Source: a virus
DNA length: 62,842 bases
Direction: 5' to 3' (one strand)
Virus record (IMG/VR): IMGVR_UViG_3300045988_149506
Part shown: positions 56,501 to 61,199 of the stretch, one piece after another
Numbering within the stretch: position 1 is the stretch's first letter
Layout: each line of letters begins with the position of its first letter
Notes under the pieces: generated by a model
The model's database searches: none
Told to the model about the DNA's origin: nothing
What the model saw: the letters and a program-made list of their open reading frames with translations, nothing else
Program-made: the position numbers and the translations under genes

Positions 56501-58713
56501 TCTTTGCCTGTAGGTTTGAAAGATGGGTCCTGTGCCATACGCTCCAACATCTGCTGACCTGTCATAATGCTAGAGTCCACCACCTTGCCACCTACATCTG
56601 CAAGGATATTGGTAGCCAAACCTCTGCCCTTGCCTACCATGTTGGCAATAGTACCACCTTGCATAATGGCACCTACGGCACTCTGCTTAACCACCTCGCC
56701 CAAAGTATTGGCAAGAATCTTGCCCACGGAAGGATTGTAAACCTTGCCATTCTCATCAAACTGACCTGTACGATAGATTTCATCGATAGGCTTGGAGATA
56801 GCCGATTGTCCACCGAAGGTTACTGCACCATGAGCTGCACCAGTCTTCAACGCCATTCCCTTACTCTTACCAATGAGAACCTTGGCTGCACGCTCTGCCA
56901 TCTTGGCTTCCATACCCTTAGCCATCAAGTCGCTAGCCAGTCTGCCCTCAGCCTTGGCAAGCATACTCTTGGTTACCTTGCCACCTGCGGCACCAGGAAG
57001 CCAATAACTCCAAGCATCACCTGCGAAGGTCAACGCTCCACTGCCTACACGCTCCCAGAAGCCCGGCTGATACTGTTGATTGGCAATATTCTCCAGCCAG
57101 TTCTGATAGTCGGTCTGAACCAACTTTCGTGTTATCTTGCCCACTATGGTATTACCCAAGCCTGTATTCATGATATACTCTGCACTACCCTTTGGTATCA
57201 TATTCTTCACCTCCAACTGATTGAGCTGAGCCTTCAACACTTCATCAATCATCGGCTTAAATTGCTTAGGATTTCCGCTCAGAGTTCCATTCATGCCATA
57301 TCGCTGCATCACCTTGAAGGCTGCGTTGCTCATATCGTTCAGGAACTGAGGATTCTTGTAAAGACCATTAAACTTCTTCTGCAATGTGTTGAGAGTCTTC
57401 TGAGGGTCTTTGGCTTGATTAGCCTCATACTGAGATGCAATGGCAGTACCAAGGCGAAGACTGGCAGGAATGTTCTGACTTCCTTCCATACCTTCATTAA
57501 AAGCCTTGCTTCCTGCCTCCTGTGCCTTGTTATACTCATCCACCACAGAAGGGTTTACATACTTGCTGACAACATCAGAAAGTGCCTCATTAATGTCTTG
57601 GTTCATCAGTCTGTCCTGCACATGCTCATCATGAGAATAAAGGCGTGTGGCGATGCCTTCAGCGATGTTTCGATAGTTCTGACCATACTTCTGCACAAGG
57701 CTCTCAACCATGGCTGGCTTCAAGTAGTGAGCCACATAATCATCATAGCTTACACCCATAGCCGAAGCCTCCTGCTTCAACTTATCTTGCACATCATGGC
57801 TATACCATTGAGCCTCGATATTCTTTTCGGCATCCTGTACAGTATCATCTGCCAAAGAAGAAACAACCTTGTTGGTCACTTCAAGAGCCGAACGATTAGC
57901 ATATCTGTTCAGAGCGTTCTGTGTGGCTTGTGTAGCCTCTTCAGGATTCATACCCTCGGCTTCAAGGTCTGCAACGAAGTTTTGGAAATAGTTGCCTTCC
58001 TTATCTGGTCGTTTCTTCCAATCCTCCAAATAATTAGCAAACTTTGCATCCATCAAAGTATTGTCGTTCACTACGCTAGGGATAGAAGGAGCTGGCTCCT
58101 GCCGTTGGGTAGCAGTCACCTGTTCTGTCTGCTGTACCTGCTGATTATTGTCTTGTGGTTGCTGCAATGGCTGCACTTGCTGCTCATTACCCCCAAGAAG
58201 CATACTGGTAATCATGCCACCCATTTTCTGCTCCCTACCTATATTACCTGCATCCACCTTCGGCATCATGCCGAGTGCTTGCGAAATCAAGCTAGGTTTC
58301 TTCAACTCGCCTCGCTGATACTCATCATTCAGCTGAGCCAAGTCCTTGAAGTTGCCTGGCTTGTTGTCAGGAGAATTGAAAGCATCAATCACCTCTTGTG
58401 GATATTGAGTCTGTTCAGTTCCCTGAGAAGGTGAAGAAGGAGAAGGCTTCTTGCCTACCTCATTGATAGGGGTAGCGTTTCCACTGGTATCATACCAAAT
58501 GTAACCTTGCTTACGATATTCTCCCACATCCTCGATAGGCACATCCACCTTCTGCTTCTTATCATCAAACATGGTAATATAGCCACCCTCGAAGTCCTTG
58601 GCGAAGTTATCCATGCCTCGCTGCTGAACAACCTCGTCTGGGATGTCATACTCGTTGTTGTCCTTATCCCATACATGATAAGTCAACTTAGATTTGTTGT
58701 CTTTGTCTGCCAT
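41560..58713 (-). CDS. Giant (5,717 aa) multidomain polyvalent protein, a putative virion-delivered effector or ejection protein
   Basis: A single uninterrupted ORF of 17,154 nt. Multiple enzyme-like modules are visible by motif and listed as sub-features below. It is co-oriented with two Ala/Gln/Gly-rich proteins downstream of the promoter at 60571-60618. Confidence 0.85.
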   Translation of the reverse strand: MADKDNKSKLTYHVWDKDNNEYDIPDEVVQQRGMDNFAKDFEGGYITMFDDKKQKVDVPIEDVGEYRKQGYIWYDTSGNATPINEVGKKPSPSSPSQGTEQTQYPQEVIDAFNSPDNKPGNFKDLAQLNDEYQRGELKKPSLISQALGMMPKVDAGNIGREQKMGGMITSMLLGGNEQQVQPLQQPQDNNQQVQQTEQVTATQRQEPAPSIPSVVNDNTLMDAKFANYLEDWKKRPDKEGNYFQNFVADLEAEGMNPEEATQATQNALNRYANRSALEVTNKVVSSLADDTVQDAEKNIEAQWYSHDVQDKLKQEASAMGVSYDDYVAHYLKPAMVESLVQKYGQNYRNIAEGIATRLYSHDEHVQDRLMNQDINEALSDVVSKYVNPSVVDEYNKAQEAGSKAFNEGMEGSQNIPASLRLGTAIASQYEANQAKDPQKTLNTLQKKFNGLYKNPQFLNDMSNAAFKVMQRYGMNGTLSGNPKQFKPMIDEVLKAQLNQLEVKNMIPKGSAEYIMNTGLGNTIVGKITRKLVQTDYQNWLENIANQQYQPGFWERVGSGALTFAGDAWSYWLPGAAGGKVTKSMLAKAEGRLASDLMAKGMEAKMAERAAKVLIGKSKGMALKTGAAHGAVTFGGQSAISKPIDEIYRTGQFDENGKVYNPSVGKILANTLGEVVKQSAVGAIMQGGTIANMVGKGRGLATNILADVGGKVVDSSIMTGQQMLERMAQDPSFKPTGKDAAESFLESMANLTSIGLPGMVGKYARFKDAKEFNRKFDFNDQDIAELKRFGYDDLRDAFEKLGINGFRAEGDGVQMMGQLTDKYMNLMNDKSVPEVLKAKMMAVVEGKRPSSFSPVIDSIIVQPMDNDGKVYLETLNKDGGIIDRKEYSSLDEAQKADKKLDFEKSLNITSEYEKAYHTDALQDRLNTVYEQARDKYAAGEQLSDEDKAAIYLHQNAAAIKDIIQKQQSGMELTEQEQQMVNSYRHFYDSAFENSPIMKEYVRTFEDSQGVEHGTLRKALEGDGKSRTAEQQKLVEEYQKQLYNDIVLKREMNDAKEQMSQTLIEGQRELPGATQEGGASAQNAEATAEKPVDASVSSDVPPTEPPTPPVGGETPTNAEGTPSVENGSSPSDATTASNESKSDAYVMGQNAYQNGDAEGLKAIDHNDDVSKARLKRAFADDEAMMDVVVKAYEEGKDMEQFVAQRANSMTTAQQDAVRKYVEAQDAKKGVYDALQHADDGYGEALKQQLWPYQTEDGNIVPATLTTGQQVFLKKANEYGGGFVVVPDEQGQPTIKQVSSADIKEVGTPISLDDFIDQKVTEQKNVRQQQFFAQYDGSGLKPSDTVEVAMEAGEEPMQMTFAGYSEDGKIVLSDGKDNIALTKDEFNAWRKNALDASVGAELDAEDAQRANDDAAKAEADKQERYKKGIVGLGMGQPDYSSKDTEPKVAAEYLQEQFGNDHGKLMNLISGSRSDIKEQLDNKRKAASEYEEWLSLNADLDPEKAQKVENDLALVNEQIADLETRYKNWNAIRKEVMTPEEARTLKNERKAEIENAGVDDSVGSPSDEREVAVLDNKELKKQYPTMDEASNYIASERKRIYHIQNDEVQPQIDNINEALEQYMNGDIDYSADQLKELNTTMAQLEARQANLSASAKDLKAQDKLLNTLYSAENKEERAKAMEELTPSEQRKVLVADAFKKNDLGAIKEIYKDASIDVMDLTPQTVEEAVSQALHPHSLNPESLQYELGKSNFKVGIGKGYDSNKFNYLIAKKGTGMSVNDFAVRVYNDLPINLQDMGYSDQDVRNTLLDMFKTYDNVKEMRNVALMNRIAAAEEELSSEEEYYEAQKEREIIERQAENPDYYAYLEDNSVPLPSENELNHIAGMEYDRMMEIENREREYKQYVKSILPELADYDDRSNEEGYGGGSSLGSDSSRRGVDEGNRNRQEGGSREASAETETGALHNSTGEGRQEISSLASGEGSADRTPHLPQEASFGERLKNAIAETEPNPSEAQKKAGNYKKGHLSFGGYDFTVETPKGTTRSGKDEQGKPWSVTMHDTYGYILGKIGVDGDHIDMFINDAADLDSFDGNVYVVDQVNPETGEFGEHKVMFGYPSEEAATEAYLANYSKDWKGLGKVTAVPKATFDKWLEASDRKTKPFADYAIVQKEQTKFDRDVKEVKPSEMTEAQKVAFDAVSAMLKKAGIPVKVISNEEMEKVAEAQDNLNLAMLLNHPEMRFKIKTPEEKQAAENAYNFAKELRPNKWAQYAVVDMSNPNKMPEYYQKQELARKERTYLNRLMWGNYKVFNLDKSFEDNVAGLTGSFPSEFDPYKIDEQTSKKNELKKQIKETEDAYNSTGQERVKYQNQLMKEYMDEHGLASENDIPDDVWNDCRNKSFEKYQDKLDSLFAKYKDLDRQLKAIVQPGVRFLRTYHGSGADFTEFDFGHMGEGEGTQSFGWGGYVTSSPEIGKYYAESGRKDKYFVYNGEKLDWRHMSATLSDIVGMDGVSKADNFLMNVDRMGVDKAKQKLKNSIKENQEIYKEDNNDFYKKQIDVMQKLLDLDLSVETPKTSLYEVNIPDDNGKNYLNWDAKVGARLLNKINKQLEQLGKRPIDPELDKRYKFLDGKDLYDSLSIRMKSDDATYKDDKAASKFLSSLGYTGIKYKAGRNFGGAEEGDTNYVIFKPENMQIVDHNKFAKGKGTVYGYTDGKEIVLNQEHLNPNTPIHEYQHLWRTAAKNMNPELIEHGDKLIMQTQLFADLKEDPNYKHLSDEQICDEAFARLTGEDGAAILEQMANDAIKENPLDTAKELTIINRLKDWLKKFWYWTLDTFTKWKPEDIKKMTLEDIRNLVLRDLAQGVDPRNVKSRLTKDDAISLRQQMEDNAEQERVLEHTEENWLKEFGKDGRVSTPIGSIKLGENQYKKAGREDRIKRFGLLKPTLERPDVILEKSAPKEGAERQTKYLFIKSFKKADGTKILNYESITVKQGEDEVAISAHQIEPSKVVKELTESKVLWNRFRGDSNSLGENQGSALTPSANNPSGKDSVLNPHSDAKIRNSFEITKENGGNLSVEDKIKAVSQQFGVDEADVAMYANAVKKGSTAEAARARANIKRHLMQVNEGNIFSFKDVVKYTKPINEALKVNFGDLDAMIEERRKQVEAERNAMEAARKRAEEEEAKRKKHLEELSLIPEDKLDKQYMDALSKGDDATAREMLDEAARRKGYDDTESAYQGVGAWAAPGNPGYESDKARRDDWESSGSDVNLEDMALGYTPQPDDYFSHPERYSQNTPHGLESVKAINTAIDAIKNGEKDVKVKVYRAVPTSVKEGKLRNGDWVTPSKKYAEMHGTNRLEGKYRIIEDEVPATQLWWDGNDANEFGFDDGKEYKYKNAKNNRKLNDLVTYDDEGDVIPPSKRFNSRKSDIRFMFAGEKGAAEADKADEQTIRMDNLDVAKQMEEEKKDAKVIKMATGWEKGVDGKWRYEMPDAKIKDTIDVGGGNIVKRFEEDMLWTDGKLEDAVDAPKLFEAYPQLKNIKIHTDAVMNDMPSNGEYNPQTKTITIHADELKYLNSILNHEIQHVIQREEGFAHGGTPEQVERDFNAAKVEWKARSYAFELEEKAKEMGGEYNQSAVEKALIQEYKDMDMPEFIPDKETRIKGFNYFARGYADRSMDDAIKRFRLDRFQRTDFDSYQEYRKLAGEVEARNVEKRLGMTDEERRNSLASETEDVNRDEQIVMNGSDASYSIVKDPETIKKLDKEDTVKVYRAMQVGDDGKLYPPMAAKVKGKFVEPIELGKWEQADERPELADDKGMFTLNKGNGKSLKAAYNPYLHTSRTPLNDQFSEAQNRPNIVTVEVEVPKSELTSGYKADKAKDAVGEVEWKAGIIQGQLTGKRKVVLSRWDKPVRIVPDSEVADVIVNDMFKGKNITMPSNVVTPSLRKELEKRGVPFVETDNRGRIVGGENDGVHYSKVYGKNHREKGYRSILKFSLGDNGTDVADENGDSMNKNPNKDVITRRIGSRAQAQRRVNETLGAAADNFRRNQTATAEKQQGTWDRGPVLGYVIRAAKKNLSFIPDEELKKIVGDSIGHGEENFVYHAKYDDTKVIKLNDFTMTDSLFRINEFIDRINAHNQFMPEDKYTPLGFAYNQKGDPCIVMEQPYLKGTTPTREEITQYLTDHGFKLDMIQISADEVDLGWTNGEFDLWDAEPRNVIKDENGDLHFFDTMIQHTYIPNHKNPLRLSMPSIRTFESQEMKNSADKVKNVANVLGGAEVTSYTNASEVPDEYKEAVEQGARGWYDPSTHTVHVYLPNCADADEAQRTVFHEKIGHEGMEVLLGGEQGVRKFADFVYKSVDKKTRGKILDFAYQYDPGWNNPDRINIGTQEYIAHLAEEGPTTAEDFSLWTKIKHYLIKMLKKLGIRVPGLLNDKDLRYYLMKAGKALHVWDNMPKTQQEAMMTQASNAEIKDALSDGAGKGKPHRKKGEGEIAYIKRKREWEKWKIAREDTEDPEPPMFYDFDKDVEGKKEWERLNKEWRESHHLQGDEMPIKPERKEGETDEEFFPRYKEWEKWNDAMADKENPMPDMFSFEKQKQDEARQKYEDWLTRHELNEQNNADLDLYEGKIYPAETNPEADALEQRVMQDLAEVTSTDVSKEGAARTVKHAVIHRRKNMEEASADDAIYINDVKNSIEKMAESGAFDKLLSDYQGKPNKAEKLAEAIPYIIEAPRRIREIAYKLNSTGVFGEGHIHITPNDVEAIQELRPQLAEVTAKKHTELKDGKEVEVFDDMKGASEVASKMADIINGNHEKEPGFVPIDGTDILNKNVLPIILKRITPYGVDYKNLSEPMKSVLDSIRDWYNYTFDWLKDNNTLKADTGFTVDYVNHLWDKEKSDKNAYAMYVENRQRTKSPNEKPRQINTIMEGLEVGLVPKTTDITKMMAYYSRSNIEAWANKTMLQEVSGLNVIERNEDGEIISSDPLLSSVAPFNLEQYKYFEIPGVGPVWVYNVSPKQMKVKNPITGKDKVLYSEASAGDRFGVVFDTYQSTPFWKFFDTTASSMKKLELGFSGFHAGALTEVYMVQNMVEYGPKKALANFMKYIFADTMKNHQLPCFANPQDFQEAATHLVKFGATNDYAAADVQNMFDNMRDAMMKVQEKLKDGNGISGTVALATMPLKVASQMLSLINKGMDRALWDFLHDGLKLATYRMRADKTKERAKKKGWTEEELSRALDEDGQFVNDMFGGQHWDVLGASHRTLRYAGRVLLSPDWNASTTRHFLALTGYGSVWNEATFENFKEYYKKLYHKKLTPEDEGRRARQISSLLCYGLGFMLFYEAIANGINAAFRALDEEKERKKAEELRKTNPNYRSPYELAYPDGMMWYDYLMRGNSLGQQSKIFMGRYADGTEMYIRHGKQFREVPEYLFNHKGELEFPGPMVQRMIGKANPMVRMTLDDINYLSDFQASHADQEIQRKYGKTIGLLYKDALYWAPFLIPSQENKEFKAVDFFFPSSKGFSPWKAQSYFKDFILSGDMEGVVMTYQSCERNGIAPEEQIKAAIGSVKALETSEMQDGVTSLQVASERFDVAKSITEKKKMRQKMKKFLSQSEYKAFTQKEALDMVQGYLNGDEDLKEMEKAENKYLMKAKSEDVTEDWRIQAVWNGTMETYDEYQRLKDVDKAKANAFKNSKTNKRLFAARKAISAAKKKMNKAKKQMDGQNDAAKMVEIRKTRKELLKTLNGME
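45436..45960 (-). other. Giant protein: HExxGH module (LPD1-like). Coordinates approximate.
   Basis: GWYDPSTHTVHVYLPNCADADEAQRTVFHEKIGHEGMEVLLGG. Confidence 0.35.
46070..46500 (-). other. Giant protein: protein-kinase-like module. Coordinates approximate.
   Basis: Gly-rich loop GHGEENFVY, Lys in TKVIKL, catalytic-loop-like LWDAEPRNVIKD and DFG-like HFFDTMI. Confidence 0.45.
47030..47480 (-). other. Giant protein: YPPM...YNPYLH...LNDQF module of unknown function. Coordinates approximate.
   Basis: VKVYRAMQVGDDGKLYPPMAAKV...LKAAYNPYLHTSRTPLNDQFSEAQNRPNIVTVEVEVPKSELTSGYKADKAKDAVGEVEWKAG. Confidence 0.3.
47624..48471 (-). other. Giant protein: Zn-metallopeptidase-like module 2 (HEIQH ... GEVEAR). 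Coordinates approximate.
   Basis: LFEAYPQLKNIKIH...ITIHADELKYLNSILNHEIQHVIQREEGFAHGGT...YRKLAGEVEARNVEKR. HEIQHVIQ lies at 48007-48030. Confidence 0.5.
48590..48810 (-). other. Giant protein: conserved YRAVP...GDWVT...YA module of unknown function. Coordinates approximate.
   Basis: VKVKVYRAVPTSVKEGKLRNGDWVTPSKKYAEMHG...LWWDGNDANEFGF. Confidence 0.3.
49700..50030 (-). other. Giant protein: Barnase/EndoU/ColicinE5-RelE-like (phage BECR-type) RNase-like module. Coordinates approximate.
   Basis: VSTPIGSIKLGENQYKKAGREDRIKRFGLLKPTLERPDVILEK...YLFIKSFKKADGTKILNYESITVKQGEDEVAISAHQ. Confidence 0.35.
50200..50650 (-). other. Giant protein: Zn-metallopeptidase-like module 1 (HEYQH). Coordinates approximate.
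   Basis: GTVYGYTDGKEIVLNQEHLNPNTPIHEYQHLW. The HExxH motif lies at about 50548-50562. Confidence 0.5.
50660..51460 (-). other. Giant protein: ADP-ribosyltransferase-like (ART-PolyVal-type) module. Coordinates approximate.
   Basis: VRFLRTYHGSGADFTEFDFGHMGEGEGTQSFGWGGYVTSSPEIGKYYA ... SLYEVNIPD ... GYTGIKYKAG...NYVIFKPENMQIV. Confidence 0.45.
52276..52700 (-). other. Giant protein: inorganic-pyrophosphatase-like module. Coordinates approximate.
   Basis: AGNYKKGHLSFGGYDFTVETPKGTTRSGKD...YGYILGKIGVDGDHIDMFI resembles the family-I PPase D-x-D-x-x-D signature region. Confidence 0.4.
56540..57070 (-). other. Giant protein: Gly-rich hydrophobic segments (possible membrane-interacting region). Coordinates approximate.
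   Basis: PGFWERVGSGALTFAGDAWSYWLPGAAGGK ... GAAHGAVTFGGQSAI ... GAIMQGGTIANMVGKGRGLATNILADVGGKVV. Confidence 0.35.
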
Positions 58714-58721
58714 ATATTATG

Positions 58722-60023
58722 TTATTTTCTTATATACTTTGAATAATCTACCTTTGTGCTCGAAGTTCCCTTGGCTGGTTTTCCACCATAAGGGCGAACG
58801 GTTCGTTTCTTTCCCTCCTTAGCCATCTTAGCCCTAGCGTAAGCGGATGCCTGTTGTCGGTTATACTTGTTTGCCCAAGTTCCACCTCTTCCATCAGTAT
58901 TGCCACCGATATTCATACCATTGTGTGTAGCCCATTCATTCACATGCTTCTTGAAAACAGGGTCGTTCACATAGTTGGTATTGAAATCGTCCGCTTCCTT
59001 ATCGGCTTGGTTGCCACGGTTTGCCTTCTCGGTCTCAGCCCCAATCTTGACAACTTGGGCTTTCTTCACAGCCACACCTGCTGCATGGTCAGCTGCTCCT
59101 GCATTGGCATTATTTGCTTGGGCGGTAAGCAAGTTACTCTTCTTTCCTCTCAGTTCGTCTTCCGTCTTGGTCTTGGCGGTAGAAAGACCAGCTGCTGCAT
59201 TAGAAGCTGCTTGTCTTGCCTGTTCGGTCTTCACCTTTTCAGGTGTCAAAGCATCCTCCTGTGCCTTCTGCGAACCACGATAAGCAGCAAGGGCATCATT
59301 AGCCTTGGCTGCTGCCTCTGCTTGCATCTGAGCTTGCTTATTGGCTCTATCTTTCCAAATATTCGCCATCATCTGGTCATAGCCTTTCTGTCGAAGGGCA
59401 TCAGTGCCTTCCCTTAGCTTGCGTTGGCGTTCTGTCAATGCCTGGGCTGATTCCACCTTCTGCTCAGGAGCACCGATAGCTGTGCCGAAGAAGTTGCCGA
59501 TATGCTGGAAAAGGTTGCCTAACTGTTCCCACTTTGCTTGTCTCTCGGCTTTCTTCTGCAAAACAGCATTGGCTGCTACCGTCCTATCCACATCACCAAG
59601 AGATTGAAGCCAAGGCATAAAAGAAGCCCAATCGCCATTGCCATTCTTCTCGAAGTCCCTCATGATGTCATAAGGTTTCATCTGCTGCAAGAGAGGGTTC
59701 TGCTCTATATCGGCATAAGGTTTGCTCCAATCAATAGAAATGCCTTGATTTGGAGTAACCTTGGTTACATCATCAGTTGGCTGTTGTGTGAAGGATGGTT
59801 GATTACCTTCTACCAATCCATTTGTATCTATTGGAGCTGTCGTAGTTGTTGATGTAGCTTGCGCTGCCATACTATCCCCACCAGATGGTGTTGGTGTCTG
59901 CACAGTGAAAGAAACTGGCTCTGATGGTGCTGACTGCCCATCATCATTGGATGGAAAATCGGTTACAGGTGTCACAGCCGTAGCTGGACGCTTTGGAGTT
60001 AAATCGTCACTCATAAATCCCAT
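58722..60023 (-). CDS. Ala/Gln/Lys-rich hypothetical protein (candidate internal virion or ejection protein)
   Basis: 433 aa with low-complexity helical composition, immediately upstream of the giant gene. Confidence 0.5.
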   Translation of the reverse strand: MGFMSDDLTPKRPATAVTPVTDFPSNDDGQSAPSEPVSFTVQTPTPSGGDSMAAQATSTTTTAPIDTNGLVEGNQPSFTQQPTDDVTKVTPNQGISIDWSKPYADIEQNPLLQQMKPYDIMRDFEKNGNGDWASFMPWLQSLGDVDRTVAANAVLQKKAERQAKWEQLGNLFQHIGNFFGTAIGAPEQKVESAQALTERQRKLREGTDALRQKGYDQMMANIWKDRANKQAQMQAEAAAKANDALAAYRGSQKAQEDALTPEKVKTEQARQAASNAAAGLSTAKTKTEDELRGKKSNLLTAQANNANAGAADHAAGVAVKKAQVVKIGAETEKANRGNQADKEADDFNTNYVNDPVFKKHVNEWATHNGMNIGGNTDGRGGTWANKYNRQQASAYARAKMAKEGKKRTVRPYGGKPAKGTSSTKVDYSKYIRK

Positions 60024-60038
60024 ATCTACCTCCTTTCC

Positions 60039-60542
60039 TTACCACGGCAAACTACTTGCAGCACTAGCCAAGCCACTAGCTGCACCTTGAATAGCTTGCG
60101 CCTGAGCCAAACCCTTTTCCTTCTTGGCGGTAGCAATGTAGTTGGTCATTTGGTCTATCTGAGAATCTGCGGTGTTCCAAACATTCTCTTTCTGCTGGGC
60201 ACCTTGCACAGCTGCTTGTTGCATCATGTTTCCCACTTGCTCATTGGCTGCTTGCTTACTCAGAGCCACAGCTTCATCACTACCACCACTCACGATGTTG
60301 GTATTCTTGGCTTTCTGCGTGGCATTATCCAGCACCTTCTGGGCGTTGGTCACTGCCACCTGGTTCTCGGCTGTCTGTGTCGGGTCCTGATAATAAAGAT
60401 TATCACGGTGGTCCTTCACCTGCTGCATACGATTCTCAAAGGTCTTGATGTATTCATTGTATGCAGCATTTTGTTTTTTGGCTGCTAGAGCACCACCTAC
60501 AGCTGAGGTAACGCCACCAGCAATACTTCCTATAAGTCCCAT
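60039..60542 (-). CDS. Gly/Ala/Gln-rich hypothetical protein (candidate internal virion protein)
   Basis: The N-terminus GLIGSIAGGVTSAVGGALAA is hydrophobic and Gly-rich. It is the first gene after the promoter at 60571-60618. Confidence 0.5.
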   Translation of the reverse strand: MGLIGSIAGGVTSAVGGALAAKKQNAAYNEYIKTFENRMQQVKDHRDNLYYQDPTQTAENQVAVTNAQKVLDNATQKAKNTNIVSGGSDEAVALSKQAANEQVGNMMQQAAVQGAQQKENVWNTADSQIDQMTNYIATAKKEKGLAQAQAIQGAASGLASAASSLPW

Positions 60543-60570
60543 AAAATTCGAATTTAATGTTTAAACAGTG

Positions 60571-60652
60571 CTAAAGTAATGCGTTTTTCTCGCCTATCTG
60601 TGATAAGTTGCGCAACTTGAACAACAAGTTTCGTTATTTTTCACTATATTTG
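60571..60652. promoter_or_regulatory. Bidirectional phage-specific promoter centred on the perfect palindrome AAGTTGCGCAACTT
   Basis: Palindrome at 60605-60618. The minus -7 box TACTTTAG is the reverse complement of 60571-60578, and the plus -7 box TATATTTG is at 60645-60652. Both gaps are 26 nt. Confidence 0.65.
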
Positions 60653-60692
60653 CACCCGAAAACTATCAGTAAACAATAAAATTCTATAGAAT

Positions 60693-61076
60693 ATGGCAAC
60701 AAAGAAAGATAATAGCAATGAGCCGAAACCAAAGCGAAAGAAGACAGGTGGACGCAAGGCTGGCACGGCAAACAAGATAACGAAAACGGTACGTGAAAGC
60801 CTCAGCGATGCCATCACTGGCTATTTTAACGGCATCAATGAAAAAGGCTACTCTCTCGCCAATGACCTCATGCAGATAGAAGAACCTGCTGGACGCTTGG
60901 CTATAGTAGCAAAGTTCCTCCCATACGTTGCTCCAAAGCTTCAATCCATATCATTCAACAATGATGAGCATCGAAGCCTGTCCGTGGAAGAGTCCTTCAT
61001 GGAGTTGGAAGAGAAATTTGAGAAACAGGAGACCAACATCAACATCAAGAATCTCAAAATTGTCAATAATGGCTAA
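60693..61076 (+). CDS. Hypothetical protein with a basic N-terminus
   Basis: KPKRKKTGGRKAGTANKITKTVRE is a DNA-binding-like basic arm. Function is unassigned. Confidence 0.55.
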   Translation: MATKKDNSNEPKPKRKKTGGRKAGTANKITKTVRESLSDAITGYFNGINEKGYSLANDLMQIEEPAGRLAIVAKFLPYVAPKLQSISFNNDEHRSLSVEESFMELEEKFEKQETNINIKNLKIVNNG

Positions 61077-61087
61077 ATACGAAAAAA

Positions 61088-61132
61088 GGGTAGCCCTCTC
61101 TAAAATTTCTACTACTTTAGAGAAGACTACCC
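61088..61132. terminator. Long imperfect hairpin between convergent genes
   Basis: GGGTAGCCCTCTCTAAA...TTTAGAGAAGACTACCC. Confidence 0.55.
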
Positions 61133-61199
61133 TATGGTATGAAATTGACTGAATCCGTCAGATATTAAGCTTTATTGGCACAATTTTAAGATATATTAG

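Noticed and set aside
56374-58434. 686-aa plus-strand ORF antisense to the N-terminal part of the giant gene
   Set aside because: The translation is Leu/His/Ile/Cys-rich with no motifs, typical of the antisense frame of a strongly coding region. The sense frame has coherent domain-like sequence and is uninterrupted for 17 kb.
41560-58713. Virion RNA polymerase (crAss/N4-like) inside the giant protein
   Set aside because: Reading the sequence I did not see a double-psi beta-barrel catalytic motif (DxDGD / DFDID-type). The recognisable motifs are instead peptidase-, ART-, kinase- and RNase-like. A profile search could still overturn this.
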